DNA from: Escherichia phage Perceval
Direction: 5' to 3' (one strand)
Length of the DNA: 50,143 nucleotides
Sequence record: OV696612
In this document: positions 14,140-24,928 of the stretch, piece after piece
How positions within the stretch are numbered: the stretch's first letter is position 1
Layout of the letters: each line of letters opens with the position of its first letter
Program-made: the position numbers and the translations under genes
Notes under the pieces: generated by a model
The model's input: only the letters and a program-made list of their open reading frames with translations
Databases searched by the model: none
Told to the model about the DNA's origin: nothing

Positions 14140-14883
14140 ATGACACAGACAGAATCAGCGATTCTGGCGCACGCCCGGCGATGTGCGCCAGCGGAGTCGT
14201 GTGGCTTCGTGGTGAGAACGCCGAAGGGGGAAAGATATTTTCCCTGCGTGAATATCTCCGGTGAGCCGGAGGCGTATTTCCGGATGTCGCCGGAGGACTG
14301 GCTGCGGGCAGAGATGCAGGGTGAGATTGTGGCGCTGGTCCACAGCCACCCCGGTGGTCTGCCCTGGCTGAGTGAGGCTGACAGGCGGCTGCAGGTGCAG
14401 AGCGATTTGCCGTGGTGGCTGGTCTGCCGGGGTGAGATTCATAAATTCCGCTGTGTGCCGCATCTTACCGGGCGGCGCTTTGAGCACGGGGTGACGGACT
14501 GTTACACGCTGTTCCGGGATGCTTATCATCTGGCGGGGATTGAGATGCCGGATTTTCATCGCGGGGATGACTGGTGGCGTCACGGTCAGAATCTCTATCT
14601 GGATAATCTGGAGGCCACAGGGCTGTATCAGGTGCCGTTGTCATCAGCACAACCGGGCGATGTGCTGCTGTGCTGTTTTGGTTCATCGGTGCCGAATCAT
14701 GCCGCCATTTACTGTGGTGATGGCGAGCTGCTGCACCATATTCCTGAACAACTGAGCAAACGAGAGAGGTATACCGACAAATGGCAGCGACGCACACACT
14801 CCCTCTGGCGTCACCGGGCATGGCGCGCATCTGCCTTTACGGGGATTTACAACGATTTGGCCGCCGCATCGACCTTCGTGTGA
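14140..14883 (+). CDS. K: tail tip assembly protein K (JAMM/MPN plus NlpC/P60-like)
   Basis: ATG at 14140; MTQTESAILAHARRCAPAESCGFVV... with HSHPGG JAMM motif; matches lambda gpK, though I recall lambda being annotated from an internal Met, so the true start may be further downstream. Confidence 0.85.
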   Translation: MTQTESAILAHARRCAPAESCGFVVRTPKGERYFPCVNISGEPEAYFRMSPEDWLRAEMQGEIVALVHSHPGGLPWLSEADRRLQVQSDLPWWLVCRGEIHKFRCVPHLTGRRFEHGVTDCYTLFRDAYHLAGIEMPDFHRGDDWWRHGQNLYLDNLEATGLYQVPLSSAQPGDVLLCCFGSSVPNHAAIYCGDGELLHHIPEQLSKRERYTDKWQRRTHSLWRHRAWRASAFTGIYNDLAAASTFV

Positions 14884-15452
14884 AAACGGGGGCTGAAGCC
14901 ATCCGGGCGCTGGCCACACAGCTCCCGGCGTTTCGTCAGAAACTGAGCGACGGCTGGTATCAGGTACGGATTGCCGGGCGGGACGTCAGCACGTCCGGAT
15001 TGACGGCGCAGTTACATGAGGTTCTGCCTGACGGCGCTGTGATTCATATTGTTCCCAGAGTCGCCGGGGCCAAGTCAGGGGGCGTATTCCAGATTGTTCT
15101 GGGGGCTACCGCCATTGCCGGATCATTCTTTACTGCCGGAGCCACCCTTGCAGCATGGGGGGCAGCCATTGGGGCCGGTGGTATGACCGGTATCCTGTTT
15201 TCTCTCGGTGCCAGTATGGTACTTGGTGGTGTGGCGCAGATGCTGGCACCGAAAGCTAGAACTCCCCGTACACAGACAACGGATAACGGTAAGCAGAACA
15301 CCTATTTCTCCTCACTGGATAACATGGTTGCCCAGGGCAATGTTCTGCCTGTTCTGTACGGTGAAATGCGCGTGGGGTCGCGGGTGGCTTCTCAGGAGAT
15401 CAGCACGGCAGACGAGGGGGACGGTGGTCAGGTTGTGGTGATTGGTCGTTGA
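14781..15452 (+). CDS. I: tail tip assembly protein I
   Basis: 223 aa, MAATHTLPLASPGMARICLYGDLQRFGRRIDLRVKTGAEAIRAL..., matches lambda gpI; overlaps the K 3' end as in lambda. Confidence 0.93.
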   Translation: MAATHTLPLASPGMARICLYGDLQRFGRRIDLRVKTGAEAIRALATQLPAFRQKLSDGWYQVRIAGRDVSTSGLTAQLHEVLPDGAVIHIVPRVAGAKSGGVFQIVLGATAIAGSFFTAGATLAAWGAAIGAGGMTGILFSLGASMVLGGVAQMLAPKARTPRTQTTDNGKQNTYFSSLDNMVAQGNVLPVLYGEMRVGSRVASQEISTADEGDGGQVVVIGR

Positions 15453-15512
15453 TGAAAAACGTTTTATGTGAAACCGCCTCAGGGCGGTTTTGTCGTTTCT
15501 GGAGCGTGAGGA

Positions 15513-18500
15513 ATGGGTAAAGGCAGCAGTAAGGGGCATACCCCGCGCGAAGCGAAGGACAACCTGAAATCATCCCAGATGCTGAGCGTGATAGACGCCA
15601 TCAGTGAAGGGCCGATTGAAGGTCCGGTGGACGGATTAAAAAGTGTGCTGCTGAACAGTACGCCAGTGCTGGACAGTGAGGGGAATACCAATATCTCCGG
15701 TGTCACGGTGGTTTTCCGGGCAGGTGAGCAGGAGCAGACACCGCCGGAGGGATTTGAATCCTCCGGCTCCGAGACGGTGCTGGGTACGGAAGTGAAGTAC
15801 GACACGCCGATTACCCGGACCATCACGTCTGCAAACATCGACCGTCTGCGCTTTACCTTCGGTGTGCAGGCACTGGTGGAAACCACCTCAAAGGGGGACC
15901 GGAATCCGTCGGAAGTCCGCCTGCTGGTTCAGATACAGCGTAACGGTGGCTGGGTGACGGAAAAAGACATCACCATTAAAGGCAAAACCACCTCACAGTA
16001 TCTGGCCTCGGTGGTGGTGGGTAACCTGCCGCCGCGCCCGTTCAATATCCGGATGCGCAGGATGACGCCGGACAGCACCACAGACCAGCTGCAGAACAAA
16101 ACGCTCTGGTCGTCATACACCGAAATCATCGATGTGAAACAGTGCTACCCGAACACGGCACTGGTCGGCGTACAGGTGGATTCGGAGCAGTTCGGCAGCC
16201 AGCAGGTGAGCCGTAATTATCATCTGCGCGGGCGTATTCTGCAGGTGCCGTCGAACTATAACCCGCAGACGCGGCAATACAGCGGTATCTGGGACGGAAC
16301 GTTTAAGCCAGCATACAGCAATAACATGGCCTGGTGTCTGTGGGATATGCTGACCCATCCACGCTACGGCATGGGGAAACGTCTTGGTGCGGCGGATGTG
16401 GACAAATGGGCGCTGTATGTCATCGGCCAGTACTGCGACCAGTCAGTGCCGGACGGCTTTGGCGGCACGGAGCCGCGCATCACCTGTAATGCGTACCTGA
16501 CCACACAGCGCAAGGCGTGGGATGTGCTCAGTGATTTCTGCTCGGCGATGCGCTGTATGCCGGTATGGAACGGGCAGACGCTGACGTTCGTGCAGGACCG
16601 ACCGTCGGATAAGGTGTGGACCTATAACCGCAGTAATGTGGTGATGCCGGATGATGGCGCGCCGTTCCGCTACAGTTTCAGCGCCCTGAAAGACCGCCAT
16701 AATGCCGTTGAGGTGAACTGGATTGACCCGAACAACGGCTGGGAGACGGCGACAGAGCTTGTGGAGGATACGCAGGCCATTGCCCGTTACGGTCGTAACG
16801 TCACGAAGATGGATGCTTTTGGCTGTACCAGCCGGGGGCAGGCACACCGCGCCGGGCTGTGGCTGATTAAAACAGAACTGCTGGAAACGCAGACCGTGGA
16901 CTTCTGCGTGGGCGCAGAAGGGCTTCGCCATGTACCGGGCGATGTCATTGAAATCTGTGATGATGACTATGCCGGTATCAGCATCGGCGGGCGCGTGCTG
17001 GCGGTAAACAGCCAGACCCGGACGCTGACGCTCGACCGTGAAATCACGCTGCCATCCTCCGGTACCACGCTGATAAGCCTGGTTGACGGAAGTGGCAATC
17101 CGATCAGCGTGGAGGTTCAGTCCGTCACCGACGGCGTGAAGGTGAAAGTGAGCCGTGTTCCTGACGGTGTTGCTGAATACAGCGTGTGGGGGCTGAAGCT
17201 GCCGACGCTGCGCCAGCGCCTGTTCCGCTGCGTGAGTATCCGTGAGAACGACGACGGCACGTATGCCATCACCGCCGTGCAGCATGTACCGGAAAAAGAG
17301 GCCATCGTGGATAACGGGGCGTACTTTGACGGCGACCAGAGCGGCACGGTGAATGGTGTCACGCCGCCAGCGGTGCAGCACCTGACCGCCGAAGTCACCG
17401 CAGACAGCGGGGAATATCAGGTGCTGGCGCGCTGGGACACGCCGAAGGTGGTGAAGGGCGTGAGCTTCCTGCTCCGTCTGACCGTAACAGCGGATGACGG
17501 CAGTGAGCGGCTGGTCAGCACGGCCCGGACGACGGAAACCACATACCGCTTCAGGCAACTGGCGCTGGGGAACTACAGGCTGACAGTCCGGGCGGTAAAT
17601 GCGTGGGGGCAGCAGGGCGATCCGGCGTCGGTATCGTTCCGGATTGCCGCACCGGCAGCACCGTCGAGGATTGAGCTGACGCCGGGCTATTTTCAGATAA
17701 CCGCCACGCCGCATCTTGCCGTTTATGACCCGACGGTACAGTTTGAGTTCTGGTTCTCGGAAAAGCGGATTACCGATATCAGGCAGGTTGAAACCACAGC
17801 CCGCTATCTTGGTACGGCGCTGTACTGGATAGCCGCCAGTATCAATATCAAACCGGGCCATGATTATTACTTTTATATCCGCAGTGTGAACACCGTTGGC
17901 AAATCGGCATTCGTGGAGGCCGTCGGTCGGGCGAGCGATGATGCGGAAGGTTACCTGGATTTTTTCAAAGGCAAGATAACCGAATCCCATCTCGGCAAGG
18001 AGCTGCTGGAAAAAGTCGAGCTGACGGAGGATAACGCCAGCAGACTGGAGGAGTTTTCGAAAGAGTGGAAGGACGCCAACGATAAGTGGAATGCCATGTG
18101 GGGCGTCAAAATTGAGCAGACCAAAGACGGCAAACATTATGTCGCGGGTATTGGCCTCAGCATGGAGGACACGGAGGAAGGCAAACTGAGTCAGTTTCTG
18201 GTTGCCGCTAACCGTATCGCATTTATTGACCCGGCAAACGGGAATGAAACGCCGATGTTTGTGGCGCAGGGCAATCAGATATTCATGAACGACGTGTTCC
18301 TGAAGCGCCTGACGGCCCCCACCATTACCAGTGGTGGCAGTCCTCCGGTATTTTCCCTGACATCAGACGGAAAGCTGACCGCTAAAAATGCGGATATCAG
18401 TGGCAGTGTGAATGCGAACGCCGGGACGCTCAACAATGTCACGGTAAATGAAAACTGTACGATTAAGGGCATGCTGGAGGCGACTCAGGTCAGAGGTGAC

Positions 18501-18926
18501 TTCGTTAAAGCTGTATCCAAATCATTTCCGAAACAGGCTGGTACGTGGGGTAACACGGAAACACCAAACGGGACGGTTACAGTCACCATCAGCGATGATC
18601 ATAACTTTGACCGTCAAATCATTATTCCGCCCATTATCTTTAACGGAATAGCGTATAGCGATCCGGGAAGTGGTAATAACCCGGGAGGTACAAGATACAC
18701 GGGTTATGGTTTTGAAGTTCGCAAAAACGGTGTATTAATCGCATCCAGAGAAACTAAAGGGGCCATTCCCGGTAGCTACAGTGCGGTTATTGATATGCCG
18801 AGTGGCAGGGGAAGCGTCACTCTGGAGTTTAAGGTTTTCCATAAAGGCAATCAGTGGGCAGGTAATATCACCGACTGTACGGTGATTGTGACCAAAAAAG
18901 CCGCTTCCGGCATCAGTATTCGTTGA
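15513..18926 (+). CDS. J: central tail fibre / host specificity protein J
   Basis: 1137 aa; N-terminal about 980 aa match lambda gpJ; fibronectin-III-like repeats; C-terminal about 150 aa appear divergent from lambda J as recalled. Confidence 0.93.
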   Translation: MGKGSSKGHTPREAKDNLKSSQMLSVIDAISEGPIEGPVDGLKSVLLNSTPVLDSEGNTNISGVTVVFRAGEQEQTPPEGFESSGSETVLGTEVKYDTPITRTITSANIDRLRFTFGVQALVETTSKGDRNPSEVRLLVQIQRNGGWVTEKDITIKGKTTSQYLASVVVGNLPPRPFNIRMRRMTPDSTTDQLQNKTLWSSYTEIIDVKQCYPNTALVGVQVDSEQFGSQQVSRNYHLRGRILQVPSNYNPQTRQYSGIWDGTFKPAYSNNMAWCLWDMLTHPRYGMGKRLGAADVDKWALYVIGQYCDQSVPDGFGGTEPRITCNAYLTTQRKAWDVLSDFCSAMRCMPVWNGQTLTFVQDRPSDKVWTYNRSNVVMPDDGAPFRYSFSALKDRHNAVEVNWIDPNNGWETATELVEDTQAIARYGRNVTKMDAFGCTSRGQAHRAGLWLIKTELLETQTVDFCVGAEGLRHVPGDVIEICDDDYAGISIGGRVLAVNSQTRTLTLDREITLPSSGTTLISLVDGSGNPISVEVQSVTDGVKVKVSRVPDGVAEYSVWGLKLPTLRQRLFRCVSIRENDDGTYAITAVQHVPEKEAIVDNGAYFDGDQSGTVNGVTPPAVQHLTAEVTADSGEYQVLARWDTPKVVKGVSFLLRLTVTADDGSERLVSTARTTETTYRFRQLALGNYRLTVRAVNAWGQQGDPASVSFRIAAPAAPSRIELTPGYFQITATPHLAVYDPTVQFEFWFSEKRITDIRQVETTARYLGTALYWIAASINIKPGHDYYFYIRSVNTVGKSAFVEAVGRASDDAEGYLDFFKGKITESHLGKELLEKVELTEDNASRLEEFSKEWKDANDKWNAMWGVKIEQTKDGKHYVAGIGLSMEDTEEGKLSQFLVAANRIAFIDPANGNETPMFVAQGNQIFMNDVFLKRLTAPTITSGGSPPVFSLTSDGKLTAKNADISGSVNANAGTLNNVTVNENCTIKGMLEATQVRGDFVKAVSKSFPKQAGTWGNTETPNGTVTVTISDDHNFDRQIIIPPIIFNGIAYSDPGSGNNPGGTRYTGYGFEVRKNGVLIASRETKGAIPGSYSAVIDMPSGRGSVTLEFKVFHKGNQWAGNITDCTVIVTKKAASGISIR

Positions 18927-18946
18927 AATTGTTATAACCCATATAA

Positions 18947-18972
18947 GGGCACCAGAAATGGTGCCTTTTTTA
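18947..18972 (+). terminator. rho-independent terminator after J
   Basis: GGGCACC-AGAAAT-GGTGCC followed by TTTTTT. Confidence 0.7.
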
Positions 18973-18995
18973 TTGCAGAAAAGCGAGAGGTAATT

Positions 18996-19595
18996 ATGCG
19001 TAAACTTTATGCCGCCATTTTGTCCGCAGCCATTTGTCTGGCCGTATCCGGTGCGCCTGCATGGGCATCTGAACATCAGTCCACGCTGAGCGCGGGGTAT
19101 CTTCATGCCTCGACGAACGTTCCCGGCAGCGATGATCTTAACGGGATTAACGTGAAATACCGTTATGAGTTTACGGACACACTGGGGCTGGTGACGTCAT
19201 TCAGCTATGCAGGAGACAAGAATCGCCAGCTTACCCGTTACAGCGATACCCGCTGGCATGAAGATTCCGTGCGTAACCGCTGGTTCAGCGTGATGGTGGG
19301 GCCGTCTGTGCGCGTGAATGAATGGTTCAGCGCGTATGCGATGGCGGGTATGGCTTACAGCCGTGTGTCGACTTTCTCCGGGGATTATCTCCGCGTAACT
19401 GACAACAAGGGGAAAACGCACGACGTGCTGACCGGAAGTGATGACGGTCGCCACAGCAACACGTCTCTGGCGTGGGGAGCTGGCGTGCAGTTTAACCCGA
19501 CCGAATCCGTGGCCATTGATATTGCTTATGAAGGCTCCGGCAGTGGCGACTGGCGCACTGACGGTTTCATCGTGGGTGTCGGTTATAAGTTCTGA
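18996..19595 (+). CDS. lom: outer membrane protein Lom (Ail/OmpX family)
   Basis: 199 aa with signal peptide [24 protein letters not shown] and beta-barrel sequence ending GYKF; matches lambda Lom. Confidence 0.9.
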
Positions 19596-19621
19596 TTAGC
19601 CAGGTAACACAGTGTTATGAC

Positions 19622-19649
19622 AGCCCGCCGGTTCAGGCGGGCTTTTTTG
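19622..19649 (+). terminator. rho-independent terminator after lom
   Basis: AGCCCGCC-GGTTCA-GGCGGGCT followed by TTTTTT. Confidence 0.75.
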
Positions 19650-19659
19650 TGGGGTGAAT

Positions 19660-21720
19660 ATGGCAGTAAAGATTTCAGGTGTACTGAAAGACGGCACAGG
19701 AAAACCGGTACAGAACTGCACAATCCAGCTGAAAGCAAAACGTAACAGCACCACAGTTGTGGTGAACACGGTGGCCTCAGAAAATCCGGATGAAGCCGGA
19801 CGTTACAGCATGGATGTTGAGTATGGCCAGTACAGCGTCGCCCTGCTGGTTGAAGGTTTTCCGCCTTCACATGCCGGGACCATCACCGTGTATGAGGATT
19901 CTAAGCCGGGGACATTGAATGATTTTCTGGGCGCTGCAACAGAAGATGATGTTTGTCCGGAGGCACTGTATCGTTTTGAAAAGATGGTGGAAGAGGCGGC
20001 ACGCAACGCTGAAGCCGCCTCTCAGAGCGCAGCGGCAGCAAAGAAATCAGAAACAGCAGCGGCATCGTCCAGGAACGCGGCGAAAACATCAGAGACGAAT
20101 GCAGGTAACAGCGCGAAAGCGGCAGCTTCTTCAAAAACAGCCGCACAAAACGCAGCAACAGCGGCAGAACGTTCAGAGACAAATGCCCGTGCGTCAGAAG
20201 AAGCCTCCGCAGACAGTGAAGAGGCTTCCCGCCGTAATGCAGAGTCAGCCGCTGAAAATGCCGGAGTCGCCACCACAAAAGCGCGGGAGGCCGCAGCAGA
20301 CGCAACAAAGGCCGGGCAGAAAAAGGATGAGGCTCTGTCGGCAGCGACACGAGCTGAAAAGGCGGCAGACCGCGCAGAAGCCGCAGCGGAAGTGACTGCA
20401 GAGCCCTGTGCGAATATAGTGCCGCCGCTGCCTGATGTGTGGATACCGTTTAACGATTCACTGGATATGATTGCGGGTTTTTCTCCGGGCTATAAAAAAA
20501 TAGCTATTGGTGACGATGTGGTTCAGGTCGCCAGTGATAAACAGGTTAATTTCAGTCGCGCATCAACGGCAACATATATCAACAAATCTGGCGAACTGAA
20601 AACGGCGGAAATTAATGAGCCGCGATTTGAGTGTGATGGCCTGCTTATTGAGGGACAAAGAACGAACTACATGCTCAATTCGGAAAGTCCAGCCAGCTGG
20701 GGGAAGTCATCAAACATGGATGTGCCCGAAACCGGGACGGATAGTTTTGGTTTTACTTATGGAAAGTTTGTCTGCAACGATTCTCTGGTTGGGCAAACTT
20801 CGGCTATTAATATGGCATCAATTGCTGCAACAAAGTCAGTTGATGTCTCAGGCGATAACAAGTACGTGACAACCTCATGCCGTTTTAAAACAGAACGACA
20901 GGTAAGGTTACGTATACGGTTTGATAAGTATGATGGTAGTGCAACAACTTTTCTTGGCGATGCGTACATTGATACGCAAACGCTTGAAATTAGTATGACA
21001 GGTGGTGCTGCCGGCAGAATTACGGCACGAGTCAGGAAGGATAAGACCACGGGCTGGATTTTTGCAGAGGCAACGATTCAGGCAATTGATGGTGAGTTAA
21101 AAATAGGCTCTCAGATACAGTATTCTCCTGGGCAGGGTGGGGCAACAGTATCTGGTGACTATATTTATCTTGCCACCCCACAAGTAGAGAATGGGCCGTG
21201 TGTATCATCATTTATTATTTCAGGAGGCAGCGCAACGACAAGAGCCAGTGATTTGGTTAGTATCCCCACCAGAAATAATCTTTATAAGTTACCATTTACT
21301 TTTTTACTTGAGATTCATAAAAACTGGGATATTGCACCAAACGCCGCACCCCGCGTGTGGGATATAGCAGCAGCCAATACCGGGCAATCAGCAATTGCAG
21401 CAATCAACAGAGGTAGTGGTAAGTTATATATGAGTCTGTCAAACCCTTCAGGCTCGTATGTTAATAGCGCAGCGACAGATGTATTTGCAGAGAAAACCAC
21501 ATTTGGATGTATTGCAAAAGCTGATGGTCACTTTCATGTGGTGACAAATGGTAAAGCGGTTAATGAAGTTTATTGTGAATATAATGGCGTGACCGCTGAT
21601 AAAAATATCCGATTTGGAGGGCAGACGAATACTGGAGAACGACATCTGTTTGGCCATATTCGCAATTTCCGCATATGGCATAAAGAATTAAATGACAGGC
21701 AATTAAAAGAGGTCGTATGA
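19660..21720 (+). CDS. stf: side tail fibre protein (lambda Stf-like N-terminus, Ala-rich repeat stalk, non-lambda C-terminal domain)
   Basis: ATG at 19660; MAVKISGVLKDGTGKPVQNCTIQLKA... matches lambda Stf N-terminus; residues about 115-245 are an Ala/Ser/Glu-rich repeat; C-terminal about 430 aa are not recognisable as lambda Stf. Confidence 0.85.
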   Translation: MAVKISGVLKDGTGKPVQNCTIQLKAKRNSTTVVVNTVASENPDEAGRYSMDVEYGQYSVALLVEGFPPSHAGTITVYEDSKPGTLNDFLGAATEDDVCPEALYRFEKMVEEAARNAEAASQSAAAAKKSETAAASSRNAAKTSETNAGNSAKAAASSKTAAQNAATAAERSETNARASEEASADSEEASRRNAESAAENAGVATTKAREAAADATKAGQKKDEALSAATRAEKAADRAEAAAEVTAEPCANIVPPLPDVWIPFNDSLDMIAGFSPGYKKIAIGDDVVQVASDKQVNFSRASTATYINKSGELKTAEINEPRFECDGLLIEGQRTNYMLNSESPASWGKSSNMDVPETGTDSFGFTYGKFVCNDSLVGQTSAINMASIAATKSVDVSGDNKYVTTSCRFKTERQVRLRIRFDKYDGSATTFLGDAYIDTQTLEISMTGGAAGRITARVRKDKTTGWIFAEATIQAIDGELKIGSQIQYSPGQGGATVSGDYIYLATPQVENGPCVSSFIISGGSATTRASDLVSIPTRNNLYKLPFTFLLEIHKNWDIAPNAAPRVWDIAAANTGQSAIAAINRGSGKLYMSLSNPSGSYVNSAATDVFAEKTTFGCIAKADGHFHVVTNGKAVNEVYCEYNGVTADKNIRFGGQTNTGERHLFGHIRNFRIWHKELNDRQLKEVV

Positions 21721-21995
21721 AAGATTTAACTTTGAAGTTTCATGACAAACTGCAGTTTAAGGCCTTCCTGTCATCTCTTGGCTGGGCGGAAGATGAAGAC
21801 CTCCAGAATAAACTGTTAGTTGATGAAATTGGTTTCACCTACACAGAAACAGGGGTAACAGAAGAGGGAGAACCTGTCTGTATCCGGAATGATGGTTATT
21901 TTGTCAACATTCGCATTCTTGATGACTTGTTTGATGTTTCTGTATTCTCTGATTATGTCGTGGAGCTGGAAACACCGCTTCGGGAATGGAGCTGA
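21717..21995 (+). CDS. hypothetical protein downstream of stf (92 aa, acidic)
   Basis: ORF translationally coupled to the stf stop (ATGA overlap); no similarity to Tfa-type tail fibre assembly proteins. Confidence 0.5.
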   Translation: MKDLTLKFHDKLQFKAFLSSLGWAEDEDLQNKLLVDEIGFTYTETGVTEEGEPVCIRNDGYFVNIRILDDLFDVSVFSDYVVELETPLREWS

Positions 21996-22007
21996 AAGGA
22001 GGAAATA

Positions 22008-22301
22008 ATGGATATAAGCCCCTTACTTCATGCACTTTGTGCTGTGGCTGCGCAGATACTGGTTGGTCTTTTTACCGGAAACTGGGCTTACGGAGCGATA
22101 GCCGGTTGTACGTTCTTCATTGCGCGTGAACATACCCAGGCAGAATATCGCTGGATTGAAATGTTCGGGCATGGCAAGCGAATGAATATGCCGTGGTGGG
22201 GCGGTTTTGATCCGCGAGCTTGGGATGTGGCAAGCCTGATGGATTTTGCTGTGCCGGTGGTGGCGTGTCTGCTGGTCTGGCTGTTGGTTAATCGTGGGTG
22301 A
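22008..22301 (+). CDS. hypothetical small membrane protein (97 aa, two predicted TM helices)
   Basis: Strong RBS AAGGAGG 6 nt upstream of the ATG; hydrophobic segments LHALCAVAAQILVGLFTGNWAYGAIAG and FAVPVVACLLVWLLV. Confidence 0.55.
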   Translation: MDISPLLHALCAVAAQILVGLFTGNWAYGAIAGCTFFIAREHTQAEYRWIEMFGHGKRMNMPWWGGFDPRAWDVASLMDFAVPVVACLLVWLLVNRG

Positions 22302-22392
22302 AAAAAGGTGAGCTGTATATGCAACGGAGGAAGAAACCCCGTTGCTGGAAGCCAGGAAAAAGTATCGGGTGTTGCTGTCCTCGGATGTTGTG

Positions 22393-23250
22393 CTAATTGG
22401 GTGATAACAGATCCTGTGTATGGGAGTTTCCCTTTTTGCGTGCGTTGATGCTGGTAACGGCAAACGTCATGATGAACAAAACCGCGAATAAGACGACAAT
22501 CGTCGGAGCTGGTGCGCTGTCGATAAAAAAGGACAACCAGACACCAGTCATTGACACTATTACCGATATGCCAGTCGCCAGTAGGAGCGCAATATGAAAG
22601 CGTTGTGTCAGGAGTACCGCAATGGCGCCAGGCGCAATGAGCAGAGAAATGGAGAGAATGATACCTACCGCTTTCAGCGTCGCCACAATGGTCAGAGAGA
22701 CCATGCACAGCAGCCCATAATGCAGCCATCTCGTATGCAAACCGCTTACCTGCGCCTGTTGATAATCAAAGCTGAACAGCAAAAAATCCCGCCATTTTAC
22801 GCTAATAACAAGTGTAACCAGCCCGGCAATAATCATCGTCTGGATTATATCGCCGATGGTTATCCCGAGCATGTCGCCGAAAAGAATATGGTCAAGATGT
22901 ACGTCTGGTTTGACTGCAATATACAAGATCAGACCTGCGGCAAACATGCCAGAAAAAACAATCCCCATCACTGTATCTTGCTTGATTCGGCTGTTGTCTT
23001 TCAGGTATCCCGTCGCCACCGCGCAGAATACTCCGGCGACGAATGCCCCTGTAGCCAAAGGTAACCCCAGAATCCAGGCAAGCACGATGCCAGGAAAAAC
23101 CGCATGACTCATCGCGTCACCCATCAGTGCCCAACCTTTCAGGACCAGAAAGACCGACAGCAGCGCACAGGGTATGGAAACTACCAGTGAAATCAGCAGT
23201 GCGTGACTCATAAAGGTGAACTGCAGTGGCTCCAGTAATAATGCCATCAT
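22393..23250 (-). CDS. sitD: Mn/Fe ABC transporter permease SitD
   Basis: 285 aa polytopic membrane protein of the ABC-3 permease family; last gene of a four-gene operon with overlapping stop/start junctions. Confidence 0.85.
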   Translation of the reverse strand: MMALLLEPLQFTFMSHALLISLVVSIPCALLSVFLVLKGWALMGDAMSHAVFPGIVLAWILGLPLATGAFVAGVFCAVATGYLKDNSRIKQDTVMGIVFSGMFAAGLILYIAVKPDVHLDHILFGDMLGITIGDIIQTMIIAGLVTLVISVKWRDFLLFSFDYQQAQVSGLHTRWLHYGLLCMVSLTIVATLKAVGIILSISLLIAPGAIAVLLTQRFHIALLLATGISVIVSMTGVWLSFFIDSAPAPTIVVLFAVLFIMTFAVTSINARKKGNSHTQDLLSPN

Positions 23251-24104
23251 GAGCGATCCTCCAGCGCCTTATGCGCACGCCGACGATTTGCCAAAAGCCC
23301 ATGGGTGGGCGCAAAGACAAATGCTAAAAGAAACAGCAGTGTCTGCGCCACCACGATGATTCCACCTGTCGCGCCGTCCAGAAAGTAACTGACCCACGCG
23401 CCGAGGAAACTGGTTACACTGCCAATAGTTACAGCAATCATGAGCAGGCGGGGAAAACGATCGGTTAACAACCATGCTGTTGCACCGGGAGTCACCACCA
23501 GACAGATCACCAGAAAGGCACCAACCGTTTGCAGCGCCGCAACGGTCGAAACCGACAGCAGGGTGAAGAAGAGGAGTTTTAATCTGCCCGGATGCAATCC
23601 AATAGCACGGGCGTGATTCTCGTCGAAAAAGGTCACCATAAGATCTTTCCATTTGAAAAAAAGCACGATGATCGAGAGAATGCCAATGATAGTGAGTTGC
23701 AGGATATCCGCCGGATCGATTGCCAGAATATTGCCCAGGACGATGGTCTGAATGTTCACAGATGTCGGGTTCAATGACACCATAAACAGCCCCAGGCCAA
23801 AAAAGGACGAGAAGATCAGACCGATGATGGCATCTTCTTTTAAGCGGGTGCGTTGGTTAAGAAACAGCATGCTGCCCGCAGCCAGTCCGCCGGAAAAGAA
23901 GGCTCCCAGAGAAAACGGAAGCCCCAGCATATATGCCCCCGCAACACCCGGGACAATAGAGTGCGACAACGCATCGCCAATCAGCGACCAGCCTTTTAGC
24001 ATCAGATAGCATGACAGGAAAGCGCAGAGACCGCCGACCATCGCCGAGACCCACATCGCATTGAGCATATATTCATAGCTGAAGGGTTCCAGTAGCACGT
24101 TCAT
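23247..24104 (-). CDS. sitC: Mn/Fe ABC transporter permease SitC
   Basis: 285 aa ABC-3 family permease; start overlaps sitB stop. Confidence 0.85.
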   Translation of the reverse strand: MNVLLEPFSYEYMLNAMWVSAMVGGLCAFLSCYLMLKGWSLIGDALSHSIVPGVAGAYMLGLPFSLGAFFSGGLAAGSMLFLNQRTRLKEDAIIGLIFSSFFGLGLFMVSLNPTSVNIQTIVLGNILAIDPADILQLTIIGILSIIVLFFKWKDLMVTFFDENHARAIGLHPGRLKLLFFTLLSVSTVAALQTVGAFLVICLVVTPGATAWLLTDRFPRLLMIAVTIGSVTSFLGAWVSYFLDGATGGIIVVAQTLLFLLAFVFAPTHGLLANRRRAHKALEDRS

Positions 24105-24928
24105 CTTTCTTCCCTCTGCACCGCTGACGGTCGATGAGCCACAAAAGGGCGTTCATCGTCAGTAATAATGCTTTCTTCCGAGCCGTTAAGTGTGACATGG
24201 CGCAGTACGCCGCTAAAAGCCAGCTCTAGGTTCTCGGCTGTAAAAGTGGTGTCTGTCGGCCCGCTTGCTAGGACGGTGCCTTTGACCATGACCGTATAAT
24301 CGCAAAATGTCGTGACGGATCCGAGATTGTGTGTTGAGACAAGCATCGTTTTGCCTTCCGCGCGTAACTCCCTCAACAGGCTGATGATTTTGGCTTCGGT
24401 TTTCACATCAACGCCAGTAAAAGGTTCATCCAGCAGGATCACATCACCCTGCTGTGCAATCGCTCTCGCCAGAAAGACGCGTTTCTTTTGTCCACCGGAA
24501 AGCTCGCCGATTTGTCGATGGCGAAAATTCACCATATCGACACGTTCCAGCGCATCGGTGACAATTTGACGATCCCTCTTTTTGGCGATACGCAACATAC
24601 CCATATGCCCATAGCGGCCCATCATCACCACATCTTCCACCAGTACAGGAAATGACCAGTCAACATCTTCTGACTGAGGGACGTAGGCAACCAGGTTTTT
24701 CTGTAACGCCTGTCGCGTGGGAATACCCAGAACAGATATCTTTCCGCTGGTCAGACGCACAAATCCCATAATCGCTTTAAACAACGTCGATTTTCCGGAA
24801 CCGTTTACCCCAACCAGAGCGGCAATAGATCCACTTGGTACTGTGAAGGATGCATCGCGCAGTGCTGTGTGCCCGTTACGCCAGGTGACAGTAACATCAT
24901 TAACGACAATGCCTGCAGATTGCATCAT
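24101..24928 (-). CDS. sitB: Mn/Fe ABC transporter ATP-binding protein SitB
   Basis: 275 aa; Walker [13 protein letters not shown] signature LSGGQKKR, Walker [12 protein letters not shown]. Confidence 0.9.
   Translation of the reverse strand: MMQSAGIVVNDVTVTWRNGHTALRDASFTVPSGSIAALVGVNGSGKSTLFKAIMGFVRLTSGKISVLGIPTRQALQKNLVAYVPQSEDVDWSFPVLVEDVVMMGRYGHMGMLRIAKKRDRQIVTDALERVDMVNFRHRQIGELSGGQKKRVFLARAIAQQGDVILLDEPFTGVDVKTEAKIISLLRELRAEGKTMLVSTHNLGSVTTFCDYTVMVKGTVLASGPTDTTFTAENLELAFSGVLRHVTLNGSEESIITDDERPFVAHRPSAVQREER

Noticed and set aside
16443-18137. 564-aa ORF on the minus strand inside J
   Set aside because: Lies entirely antisense to J, whose plus-strand product matches lambda J; long antisense frames are expected in GC-rich, stop-poor coding DNA
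19919-20395. 158-aa Gln/Arg/Lys-rich ORF and 149-aa antisense ORF overlapping the Ala-rich repeat of stf
   Set aside because: Alternative-frame artefacts of the low-complexity GCN-rich repeat region; the stf frame is continuous and supported at both ends
22397-23107. Plus-strand ORFs of 66-156 aa within the sitD/sitC region, and minus-strand ORF 23269-23652
   Set aside because: All overlap the sit permease genes in other frames or strands; the permease frames have typical ABC-3 membrane topology and coupled start/stop junctions
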